From the human T2T-CHM13v2.0 reference genome, Homo sapiens: DNA of 64,000 nt. The notes beneath the pieces are model-generated. The model had not been told where the DNA came from and did no database searches. It was given only the letters and a program-made list of their open reading frames with translations. Shown piece after piece: positions 43,701-56,600 of this stretch (positions within the stretch are counted from its first letter, which is position 1; each line of letters opens with the position of its first letter). The DNA lies in the NCBI RefSeq assembly GCF_009914755.1, contig NC_060933.1; one strand, 5' to 3'. A program made the position numbers and the translations under genes.

Positions 43701-46700
43701 ATGGAATCAACGCTAGTGCAGGGGAATGGAATGGAATGGAATGCAATGGAATGGAATCTTCCGGAATGGAATGGAATGGAATGGAATGGCATGAAATGCA
43801 ATGGATTCAACTCGATTGCAATGGAATGGAATGGAATGGAATGGAATGGAATGGAATGGAATTAACCCGAATAGAATGGAATGGAATGGAATGGAACGGA
43901 ATGGAACGGAATGGAATGGAATGGAATGGAATGGAATGGTATGGAGTGGAATGGAATGGAATCAACACGAGTGCAGTGTAATGGAATCGAATGGAATGGA
44001 ATGGAATGGAATGGATTCAACACGAATGGAATGGAAAGGAATGGAATAAACCCGCGTGGAATGGCATGGAATGGAGTGGAATGGAATGGAATGGAATGGA
44101 ATGGAATCAACCCGAGTGCAATGTAATGGAATCGAATGGAATGGAATGGAATGGAATGGATTCAACCCGAATGGAATGGAAAGGAATGGAATAATCCCGA
44201 GTGGAATGGCATGAAGTGGAGTGGAATGGAATGGAATGGAATGGAATGGAATGGTACGGAATAGAATGGAATGGAACGAAATGGAATGGAATGGAATGGA
44301 ATGGAATGGAATGGAATGGAATGAACCCGTGTGCAATGGAATGGAATCGAATGGAATGGAATGGATTGGAATGGATTCAACTCGAATGGAATGGAAAGGA
44401 ATGGAATCAACACGAGTGGAATGGCATGGAATGGAATGGAATGGAATGGAATGGAATGGAATGGTACGGAATAGAATGGAAAGGAACGAAATGGAATGGA
44501 ATGAAATGGAATGGAATGGAATGGAATGGAATGGAATGGAATCAACCCGAGTGCAGGGGAATGGAATGGAATTGAAGGCAATGGAATGGAATCATCCGGA
44601 ATTGAATGGAATGGAATGGAATCAACTCGATTGCAATGGAATGGAATGGAATGGAATGGAATGGAATGGAATGGAATGGAATGGAATGGAATGGAATTAA
44701 CCCGAATAGAATGGAATGGAATGGAATGGAAGTAAATGGAATGGAAGGTAATGAACCCGAGTGCAGGGGAATGGAATGGAATGGAATGCAATGAAATGGA
44801 GTCATCCGGAATGGAACGGAAAGGAATGGAATGGAACCAACCCGTGTGCAATGGAATTGAAAGGAATGGAATGGAATGGAATGGAATGGAATGGAATGGA
44901 ATGGATTCAACCCGAATGGAATGGAAAGGAAGGGAATCAACCCAAGTGGAATGGCATGGAATGGAATGGATTGGAATGGAATGGAATGGTACCGAATGGA
45001 ATGGAATGGAATGGTACCGAATAGAATGGAATGGAACGAAATGGAATGGAATGGAATGGAATGGAATGGAATGGAGTGAACACGTGTGCAATGGATTGGA
45101 ATGGAATGGAATGGAATGGAATGGAATGGAATGGAATGGGTTCGACTCGAATGGAACGGAATGTAATGAAATCAACCCGAGTGGAATGGCATGGAATGGA
45201 ATGGAATGGAATGGAATGGAATGGAATGGAAACAACACGAGTGCAATGTAATGGAATCGAATGGAATGGAATGCAATGGATTCCACCCGAATGGAATGGA
45301 AACGAATGGAATTAAATCGAGTGGAATGGCATGGAATGGAGTCTAATGGAATGGAATGGAATGGAATGGTATGGAATAGAATGGAATGGAACGAAATGGA
45401 ATGGAATGGAATGGAATGAAATGAACCCGTGTGCAATGGAATGGAATGGAATGGAATGGAATGGAATGGAATGGATTCAACTCGAATGGAATGGAAAGGA
45501 ATGGAATCAACCCGAGTGGAATGGCATGGAATGGAATGGAATGGAATGGAATTAACCCTAATAGAATGGAATGGAATGGAATGGAATGGAATGGAATGGA
45601 ATGGAATGGAAGGAAATGGAATGGAATGGAATGGAATGGAATGGAATGGAATGGAATGGAATGGAATGGAATGGAATGGAATGGTACGGAATAGAATGGA
45701 ATGGAACGAAATGGAATGGAATGGAATGGAATGGGATGGAATGGAATGGAATGGAATCAACCCGAGTGCAGGGGAATGGAATGGAATGGAAGGCAATGGA
45801 ATGACATCATTCGGAATTGAATGGAATGGAATGGAATGGAATGGAATCAACTCGATTGGAATGGAATGGAATGGAATGGAATGGAAGTGAATGGAATGGA
45901 ATGTAATGAAACCGAGTGCAGGGGAATGGAATGGAATGGAATGCAATGGAATGGAGTCATCCGGAATGGAACGGAATGGAATGGAATGGAATCAACCCGA
46001 GTGCAATGGAATGGAATGGAATGGAAAGGAATGGAATGGAATGGACTCAACCCGAATGGAATGGAAAGGAATGGAATCAACCCGAGAGGAATGGCATGGA
46101 ATGGAATGGAATGGAATGGAGTGGAATGGTACGGAATAGAATGTAATGGAACGAAATGGAATGGAATGGAATGGAATGGAATGGAATCATTCCGAGTGGA
46201 ATAGAAGGGAATGTTTTCGAGTGGAATGAAAAGGAATGGAATCAACCAGAGTGGAATGGAATGGAATCGAGTGGAATGGAATGCAATCGAATGGAATGGA
46301 AAGGAATAGAATGGAATCAACCCGAGTGGAATGGAATGGAAAGGACTGGAATGGAATGGAATGGAATGCAATGGAATCAACTCGATTGCAATGAAATGGA
46401 ATGGAATGGAATGGAATGGAATGGAATTAACCGGAATAGAATGGAATTGAATGGAATGGAAAGGAATGGAATGGAATAGAATGGAATGGAATGGATTCAA
46501 CTCGAATGGAATGGAAAGGAATGGAATCAACCCGAGTGGAATGGCATGGAACGGAATGGAATGGAATGGAATGGAATGGAATGGAATGGAATGGAATGGA
46601 ATGGAAGGAAATGGAATGGAATGGAATGGAATGGAATGGAATGGAATGGAATGGAAGGAAATGGAATGGAATGGAATGGAATGGAATGGAATGGAATGGA

Positions 46701-46797
46701 ATGGTACGGAATAGAATGGAAGGGAACGAAATGGAATGGAATGGAATGGAATGGAATGGAATGGAATGGAATGGAAGTGAATGGAATGGAATGTAAT
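40775..46797 (+). repeat. Unit U8, variant long type L'' (~6.02 kb)
   Basis: The core resembles U5 (GGAAGGGAAT at ~41265) but continues into a long module that lacks the 210 and 135 bp duplications. Private variants include CAACGCTAG, TTCCACCCG and ATTAAATCGAG. Confidence 0.8.
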
Positions 46798-48950
46798 GAA
46801 ACCGAGTGCAGGGGAATGGAATGGAATGGAATGCAATGGAATGGAGTCATCCGGAATGGAACGGAATGGAATGGAATGGAATCAACCCGAGTGCAATGGA
46901 ATGGAATGGAATGGAAAGGAATGGAATGGAATGGATTCAACCCGAATGGAATGGAAAGGAATGGAATCAACCCGAGAGGAATGGCATGGAATGGAATGGA
47001 ATGGAATGGAGTGGAATGGTACGGAATAGAATGTAATGGAACGAAACGGAATGGAATGGAATGGAATGGAATGGAATGGAATGGAATGGAATGGAATCAT
47101 TCCGAGTGGAATAGAAGGGAATGTTTTCGAGTGGAATGAAAAGGAATGGTATCAACCAGAGTGGAATGGAATGGAATCGAATGGAATGGAAAGGAATAGA
47201 ATGGAATCAACCCGAGTGGAATGGAATGGAAAGGACTGGAATGGAATGGAATGGAATGCAATGGAATCAACTCGATTGCAATGAAATGGAATGGAATGGA
47301 ATGGAATGGAATGGAATGGAATGGAATAGAATGGAAAGGAATCACTCCAAGTGCAGGGGAATTTAATGGAATGGAATGCAGTGGAATGGAATCATCCGGA
47401 ATGGAATGGAATGGAATGGAATGGAACGGAATGGAATGGAATCAACTCGAATTCAATGGAATGGAAAGGAATGGAATGGAATGGAATGCAATGGAATCGT
47501 ACGGAATAGAATGGAATGGAACGAAATGGAATGTAATGGAATGGAATGGAATGGAATGGAATGGAATGGAACGGAATGGAATGGAATGAACCCGCGTGCA
47601 ATGGAATGGAACGGAATGGAATGGAATGGAATGGAATGGAATGGAATGGGTTCAACTCGAATGGAATGGAAAGGAATGGAATCAACACGAGTGGAATGGC
47701 ATGGAATGGAATGGAATTGAATGAAATGGAATGGAATGGAATGGAATGAAATGTAATGGAATGGAAAGGAATGGAATCAACACGAGTGGAATGGCATGGA
47801 ATGGAATGGAATTGAATGAAATGGAATGGAATGGAATGGAATGAAATGTAATGGAATGGAATGGAATGGAATCAACCCGAGTGCAATGTAATGGAATCGA
47901 ATGGAATGGAATGGAATGGATTCAACCCGAATGGAATTAAAAGGAATGGAATATACCCGAGTGGAATGGCATGGAATGGAGTAGAATGGAACGGAATGGA
48001 ATGGAATGGAATGGTACGGAATAGAATGGAATGTAACGAAATGGAATGTAAGGGAATGGAATGGAATGGAATGGAATGAACCCGTGTGCAATGGAATGGA
48101 ATGGAATGGAATGGAATGGAATGGATTCAACTCTAATGGAATGGAAGGGAATGGAATCAACGCGAGTGGAATGGCATGGAATGGAATGGAATGGAATGGA
48201 ATGGAATGGAATGGAAGTAAATGGAATGGAATGGAATGAACCCGAGTGCAGGGGAATGGAATGGAATGGAATGGAATGGAATGGAATGGAATGGAATGGA
48301 ATGGAATGCAGTGGAATGGAATCAAACCTAGTGCAATTGAATGGAATGGAATGGAATGGAATGGAATGGAATGGAATGGAATGGATTCAACCCAAATGGA
48401 ATGGAAAGCAATGGAATCAACCCGAGTGGAATGGCATGGAATGGAATGGAATGGAATGTAATGGAATGGAATGGAATGGAATGGAATGGTACGGAATAAA
48501 ATGGAATGGAACGAAATGGAATGGAATGGAACGGAATACAATGGAATCATTCCGAGTGGAATAGAAGGGAATGAATTCGAGTGGAATGGAAAGGAATGGA
48601 ATCAACCAGAGTGGAATGGAAGGGAATGGAATGGAATGGAAACTAATAAAATGGAATCAACACGAGTGGAATGGAATGGAAAGGACTTGAATGGAATGGA
48701 ATGGAATGGAATGGAATCAAGTCGATTGCAATGGAATGTAATGGAATGGAGTGGAATGGAATTAACGCGAATAGAATGGAATGGAATGGAATGGAATGGA
48801 ATGGAATGGAATGGAATGGAATCAACCTGAGTGCAGGGGAATGGAATGCAATGGAATGCAATGGAATGGAATGGAATGGAATGGAATCAACGCGAGTGCA
48901 GGGGAATGGAATGTAATGGAATGCAATGGAATGGAATCTTCCGGAATGGA
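46798..48950 (+). repeat. Unit U9, truncated core at the domain boundary
   Basis: Follows the core up to the first CTTCCGG (~48938), then jumps to GAAATGCAATAGATTCAACTCG, skipping ~0.86 kb that is present in U1-U8. Confidence 0.75.
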
Positions 48951-50640
48951 ATGGAATGGAATGGAATGGAATGAAATGCAATAGATTCAACTCGATTGCA
49001 ATGGAATGGAATGGAATGGAATGGAATGAAATGCAATGGATTCAACTCGATTGCAATGGAATGGAATAGATTGGAATGGAATGGAATGGAATGGAATGGA
49101 ATGGAATGGAATTAACCCGAATAGAATGGAATGGAATGGAATGGAACGGAATGGAACGAAATGGAATGGAATGGAATGGAATGGAATGGAATGGTATGGA
49201 ATGGAATGGAATGGTACGGAATAGAATGGAATGGAACGAATTGTAATGGAATGGAATTGAATGGAATGGAATGGAATGGAATGGAATGGAATCAACGCGA
49301 GTGCAGGGGAATGTAATGGAACGGAATGCAATGGAATGGAAACATCCGGAATGGAATGGAATGGAATGGAAAGGAATGGAATCAACCCGAGTGCAATGGA
49401 ATGGAGTGGAATGGAATGGAATGGAATGGAACAACCCGAATGGAATGGAATGTAATGGAGAGTAAGGGAGTTGAATAGAATCAATCCGAATGTAATGGAA
49501 TGGAATGCAACGGATTGGAATGGAATGGAATGGGATGGAATGCAATGGAATGGAATGAACCCGAGTGCAGGGGAATGGAATGGAATGGAATGGAATGGAA
49601 TGGAATGGAATGGAATGGAATGGAATGGAATGGAATGCAGTGGAATGGAATCAAACCTAGTGCAATTGAATGGAATGGAATGGAATGGAATGGAATGGAA
49701 TGGAATGGAATGGATTCAACCCAAATGGAATGGAAAGCAATGGAATCAACCCGAGTGGAATGGCATGGAATGGAATGGAATGGAATGTAATGGAATGGAA
49801 TGGAATGGAATGGAATGGTACGGAATAAAATGGAATGGAACGAAATGGAATGGAATGGAACGGAATACAATGGAATCATTCCGAGTGGAATAGAAGGGAA
49901 TGAATTCGAGTGGAATGGAAAGGAATGGAATCAACCAGAGTGGAATGGAAGGGAATGGAATGGAATGGAAACTAATAAAATGGAATCAACACGAGTGGAA
50001 TGGAATGGAAAGGACTTGAATGGAATGGAATGGAATGGAATGGAATCAAGTCGATTGCAATGGAATGTAATGGAATGGAGTGGAATGGAATTAACGCGAA
50101 TAGAATGGAATGGAATGGAATGGAATGGAATGGAATGGAATGGAATGGAATCAACCTGAGTGCAGGGGAATGGAATGCAATGGAATGCAATGGAATGGAA
50201 TGGAATGGAATGGAATCAACGCGAGTGCAGGGGAATGGAATGTAATGGAATGCAATGGAATGGAATCTTCCGGAATGGAATGGAATGGAATGGAATGGAA
50301 TGAAATGCAATAGATTCAACTCGATTGCAATGGAATGGAATGGAATGGAATGGAATGAAATGCAATGGATTCAACTCGATTGCAATGGAATGGAATAGAT
50401 TGGAATGGAATGGAATGGAATGGAATGGAATGGAATGGAATTAACCCGAATAGAATGGAATGGAATGGAATGGAACGGAATGGAACGGAATGGAATGGAA
50501 TGGAATGGAATGGAATGGAATGGTATGGAATGGAATGGAATGGTACGGAATAGAATGGAATGGAACGAATTGCAATGGAATGGAATTGAATGGAATGGAA
50601 TGGAATGGAATGGAATGGAATCAACGCGAGTGCAGGGGAA
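48240..50640 (+). repeat. 1329-bp-period tandem duplication spanning the domain boundary
   Basis: AAACCTAG occurs at ~48324 and ~49653. Identical ORF pairs at 48417/49746, 48471/49800, 48643/49972 and 49036/50365 are all offset by 1329. End points are approximate. Confidence 0.85.
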
Positions 50641-53600
50641 TGTAATGGAACGGAATGCAATGGAATGGAATCATCCGGAATGGAATGGAATGGAATGGAA
50701 TGGAATGGAATGGAATCAACCCGAGTGCAATGGAATGGAGTGGAATGGAATGGAATGGAATGGAATGGTATGGAATGGAATGGAATGGTACGGAATAGAA
50801 TGGAATGGAACGAATTGTAATGGAATGGAATTGAATGGAATGGAATCGAATGGAATGGAATGGAATCAACGCGAGTGCAGGGGAATGTAATGGAACGGAA
50901 TGCAATGGAATGGAAACATCCGGAATGGAATGGAATGGAATGGAAAGGAATGGAATCAACCAGAGTGCAATGGAATGGAGTGGAATGGAATGGAATGGAA
51001 TGGAACAACCCGAATGGAATGGAATGTAATGGAGAGTAAGGGAGTTGAATAGAATCAATCCGAATGTAATGGAATGGAATGCAACGGATTGGAATGGAAT
51101 GGAATGGGATGGAATGCAATGGAATGGAATCAACCCGAGTACAATGGAATGGAATGGAATGGAATGGAATGGAATGGAATGGAATGCCTTCAAACCGAAT
51201 GGAATGGAAAGGAATGGAATCAACACGAGTGGAATGGAATGGAATGGAATGGAATGGAATGGAATGGAATGGAATGGAATGATACGGAATAGAATGTGAT
51301 GGAACGAAATGGAATGGAATGGAATGGAATGGAATGGAATGGAATGGAATGGAATCGTTCCGAGTGGAATAGGAGGGAATGTATTCGAGTGGAATGGAAA
51401 GGAATGGAATCAACCAGAGTGGAATGGAAGGGAACGGAATGGAATGGAAACTAATAGAATGGAATCAACCCGAGTGGAATGGAATGGAAAGGACTGGAAT
51501 GGAATGGAATGGAATGGAATGGAATCAACTCGATTGGAATAGAATGGAATGGAATGGAATGGAATGGAATGGAATTAACCCGAATACAATGGAATGGAAT
51601 GGAATGCAATGGAATGGAGTGGAATGGAATGGAATCAACCCGACTGCAGGGGAATGCAATGGAATGGAATGCAATGGAATGGAGTCATCCGGAATCGAAT
51701 GGAATGGAATGGAATGCAAAGCAATGGAATCAACTCGATTGCAATGGAATGGAATGGAATGGAATGGAAAGGAATACATTGGAATCAACCCGAGTGGAAT
51801 GGAATGGAAAGGACTGGAATGGAGTGGAATGGAATGGAATGGAATGGAATGGAATCAACTCGATTGGAATGGAATGGAATGGAATGGAATGGAATGGAAT
51901 GGAATGGAATTAACCCGAATAGAATGCAATGGAATGGAATGGAACGGAACGGAACGGAATGGAATGGAATGGAATGGAATGGAATGGAATGGAATGGAAT
52001 CAACCAGACTGCAGGGGAATGGAATGGAATGGAATGCAATGGAATGGATTCAACTTGAATGGAATGGAAAGAATGGAATCAACACGAGTGGAATGGCATG
52101 GATTGGAATGGAATGGAATGGAGTCAACCCGAGTACAGGGGAATGGAATGGAATGGAATGCAATGGAATGGAATGGAATGCAATGGAATGGAATCATCCG
52201 TAATGGAATGGAAAGGAATGGAATGGAATGGAATGGAATGGAATGGAATGGAATAGAATCAACTCGATTGCAATCGAATGGAATGGAATGGAATTAACCC
52301 AAATAGAATGGAATGGAATGGAATGGAACGGAACGGAACGGAATGGAATGGAATGGAATGGAATGGAACGGAAAGGAAGGGAATAGAATGGAATAGAATG
52401 GAATGGAATGGAATCAACGCGAGTGCAGGGGAATGGAATGGAATGGAATGCAATGGAATGGAATCTTCCGGAATGGAATGGAATGGAATTGAATGGAATG
52501 GAATCAACCCGAGTGCAGTGGAATGGAGTGGAATGGAATGGAATGGAATGGAACAACCCGAATGGAATGGAATGTAATGGAGAGTAAGGGAGTTGAATAG
52601 AATCAATCCGAATGTAATGGAATGGAATGGAACGGAATGGAATTGAATGGAATGGAATGGAATGCAATGGAATGGAATCAACCCGAGTGCAATGGAATGG
52701 AGAGGAATGGAATGGAATGGAATGGAAACTACCCGAATGGAATGGAATGTAATGGAGTGTAAGGGAATGGAATAGAATCAATCCGAATGTAATGGAATGG
52801 AATGGAACGGAATGGAATGGAATGGAATGGAATGGAATGGAATGGAATGGAATGCAATGTAATGGAATCAACCCGAGTGCAATCGAATGGAATCGAATGG
52901 AATGGAATGCAATGGAATGGATTCAACTTGAATGGAATGGAAAGAATGGAATCAACACGAGTGGAATGGCATGGATTGGAATGGAATGGAATGGAATCAA
53001 CCCGAGTACAGGGGAATGGAATGGAATGGAATGCAATGGAATGGAATCATCCGTAATGGAATGGAAAGGAATGGAATGGAATGGAATGGAATGGAATGGA
53101 ATGGAACGGAATCAACTCGATTGCAATCGAATGCAATGGAATGGAATTAACCCGAATAGAATGGAATGGAATGGAATGGAACGGAACGGAATGGAATGGA
53201 ATGGAATGGAATGGAATGGAATGGAATTGAACGGAACGGAATGGAATGGAATGGAATGGAATGGAATGGAATGGAATCAACGCGAGTGCAGGGGAATGGA
53301 ATGGAATGGAATGCAATGGAATGGAATCTTCCGGAATGGAATGGAATGGAATGGAATGGAATGAAATGCAATGGATTCAACTCGATTGCAATGGAATGGA
53401 ATAGAATGGAATGGAATGGAATGGAATGGAATGGAATTAATCCGAATAGAATGGAATGGAATGGAAAGGAACAGAACGGAACGGAATGGAATGGAATGGA
53501 ATGGAATGGTATGGAATGGAATGGAATGGTACGGAATAGAATGGAATGGAACGAATTGCAATGGAATGGAATTGAATGGAATGGAATGGAATGGAATGGA

Positions 53601-56600
53601 ATGGAATCAACGCGAGTGCAGGGGAATGTAATGGAACGGAATGCAATGGAATGGAATCATCCGGAATGGAATGGAATGGAATGGAATGGAATGGAATGGA
53701 ATCAACCCGAGTGCAATGGAATGGAGTGGAATGGAATGGAATGGAATGGAATGGTATGGAATGGAATGGAATGGTACGGAATAGAATGGAATGGAACGAA
53801 TTGTAATGGAATGGAATTGAATGGAATGGAATGGAATGGAATGGAATGGAATCAACGCGAGTGCAGGGGAATGTAATGGAACGGAATGCAATGGAATGGA
53901 AACATCCGGAATGGAATGGAATGGAATGGAAAGGAATGGAATCAACCCGAGTGCAATGGAATGGAGTGGAATGGAATGGAATGGAATGGAACAACCCGAA
54001 TGGAATGGAATGTAATGGAGAGTAAGGGAGTTGAATAGAATCAATCCGAATGTAATGGAATGGAATGCAACGGATTGGAATGGAATGGAATGGGATGGAA
54101 TGCAATGGAATGGAATCAACCCGAGTACAATGGAATGGAATGGAATGGAATGGAATGGAATGGAATGGAATGGAATGGAATGCCTTCAAACCGAATGGAA
54201 TGGAAAGGAATGGAATCAACACGAGTGGAATGGAATGGAATGGAATGGAATGGAATGGAATGGAATGGAATGGAATGATACGGAATAGAATGTGATGGAA
54301 CGAAATGGAATGGAATGGAATGGAATGGAATGGAATGGAATGGAATGGAATCGTTCCGAGTGGAATAGGAGGGAATGTATTCGAGTGGAATGGAAAGGAA
54401 TGGAATCAACCAGAGTGGAATGGAAGGGAACGGAATGGAATGGAAACTAATAGAATGGAATCAACCCGAGTGGAATGGAATGGAAAGGACTGGAATGGAA
54501 TGGAATGGAATGGAATGGAATCAACTCGATTGTAATGGAATGGAATGGAATGGAATGGAATGGAATGGAATGGAATTAACCCGAATACAATGGAATGGAA
54601 TGGAATGCAATGGAATGGAGTGGAATGGAATGGAATCAACCCGACTGCAGGGGAATGCAATGGAATGGAATGCAATGGAATGGAGTCATCCGGAATCGAA
54701 TGGAATGGAATGGAATGCAAAGCAATGGAATCAACTCGATTGCAATGGAATGGAATGGAATGGAAAGGAATACATTGGAATCAACCCGAGTGGAATGGAA
54801 TGGAAAGGACTGGAATGGAGTGGAATGGAATGGAATGGAATGGAATGGAATCAACTCGATTGGAATGGAATGGAATGGAATGGAATGGAATGGAATGGAA
54901 TGGAATTAACCCGAATAGAATGCAATGGAATGGAATGGAACGGAACGGAACGGAATGGAATGGAATGGAATGGAATGGAATGGAATGGAATCAACCAGAC
55001 TGCAGGGGAATGGAATGGAATGGAATGCAATGGAATGGATTCAACTTGAATGGAATGGAAAGAATGGAATCAACACGAGTGGAATGGCATGGATTGGAAT
55101 GGAATGGAATGGAGTCAACCCGAGTACAGGGGAATGGAATGGAATGGAATGCAATGGAATGGAATGGAATGCAATGGAATGGAATCATCCGTAATGGAAT
55201 GGAAAGGAATGGAATGGAATGGAATGGAATGGAATGGAATGGAATGGAATGGAATAGAATCAACTCGATTGCAATCGAATGGAATGGAATGGAATTAACC
55301 CAAATAGAATGGAATGGAATGGAATGGAACGGAACGGAACGGAATGGAATGGAATGGAATGGAATGGAACGGAAAGAAAGGGAATGGAATGGAATAGAAT
55401 GGAATGGAATGGAATCAACGCGAGTGCAGGGGAATGGAATGGAATGGAATGCAATGGAATGGAATCTTCCGGAATGGAATGGAATGGAATGGAATGGAAT
55501 GGAATCAACCCGAGTGCAGTGGAATGGAGTGGAATGGAATGGAATGGAATGGAACAACCCGAATGGAATGGAATGTAATGGAGAGTAAGGGAGTTGAATA
55601 GAATCAATCCGAATTTAATGGAATGGAATGGAACGGAATGGAATTGAATGGAATGGAATGGAATGCAATGGAATGGAATCAACCCGAGTGCAATGGAATG
55701 GAGAGGAACGGAATGGAATGGAATGGAATGGAATGGAATGGAATGGAATGGAATGGAATGCAATGAAATGGAATCAACCCGCGTGCAATCGAATGGAATC
55801 GAATGGAATGGAATGCAATGGAATGGATTCAACTTGAATGGAATGGAAAGAATGGAATCAACACGAGTGGAATGGCATGGATTGGAATGGAATGGAATGG
55901 AATCAACCCGAGTACAGGGGAATGGAATGGAATGGAATGCAATGGAATGGAATCATCCGTAATGGAATGGAAAGGAATGGAATGGAATGGAATGGAATGG
56001 AATGGAATGGAATGGAACGGAATCAACTCGATTGCAATCGAATGCAATGGAATGGAATTAACCCGAATAGAATGGAATGGAATGGAATGGAATGGAACGG
56101 AACGGAATGGAATGGAATGGAATGGAATGGAATGGAATGGAATTGAACGGAACGGAATGTAATGGAATGGAATGGAATGGAATGGAATCAACGCGAGTGC
56201 AGGGGAATGGAATGGAATGGAATGCAATGGAATGGAATCTTCCGGAATGGAATGGAATGGAATGGAATGGAATGGAATGGAATGAAATGCAATGGATTCA
56301 ACTCGATTGCAATGGAATGGAATAGAATGGAATGGAATGGAATGGAATGGAATGGAATTAAACCGAATAGAATGGAATGGAATGGAAAGGAACAGAACGG
56401 AACGGAATGGAATGGAATGGAATGGAATGGTATGGAATGGAATGGAATGGTACAGAATAGAATGGAATGGAACGAATTGCAATGGAATGGAATTGAATGG
56501 AATGGAATGGAATGGAATGGAATGGAATGGAATCAACGCGAGTGCAGGGGAATGTAATGGAACGGAATGCAATGGAATGGAATCATCCGGAATGGAATGG

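Larger units (their letters stand above)
1..48950 (+). repeat. Homogeneous higher-order-repeat domain built from 4.2 kb and 6.0-6.4 kb units
   Basis: The once-per-unit marker ATGTTTTCGAG...GGTATCAACCAGAG (MFSSG ORF starts) occurs at 1177, 7395, 11573, 17811, 24224, 28402, 34640, 41088 and 47121. Spacings are 6218, 4178, 6238, 6413, 4178, 6238, 6448 and 6033. Confidence 0.92.

Noticed and set aside
10402-43800. The 16.8 kb duplication as a pure assembly artefact
   Set aside because: The copies differ by at least one substitution (AATGTAACG at ~12507 versus AATATAACG at ~29336) and several 5-bp indels, which favours a real recent duplication. Read support is still needed.
52860-52870. DUX4-like motif TAATGGAATCA
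   Set aside because: An isolated match one substitution away from the common GAATGGAATCA background, as expected by chance.
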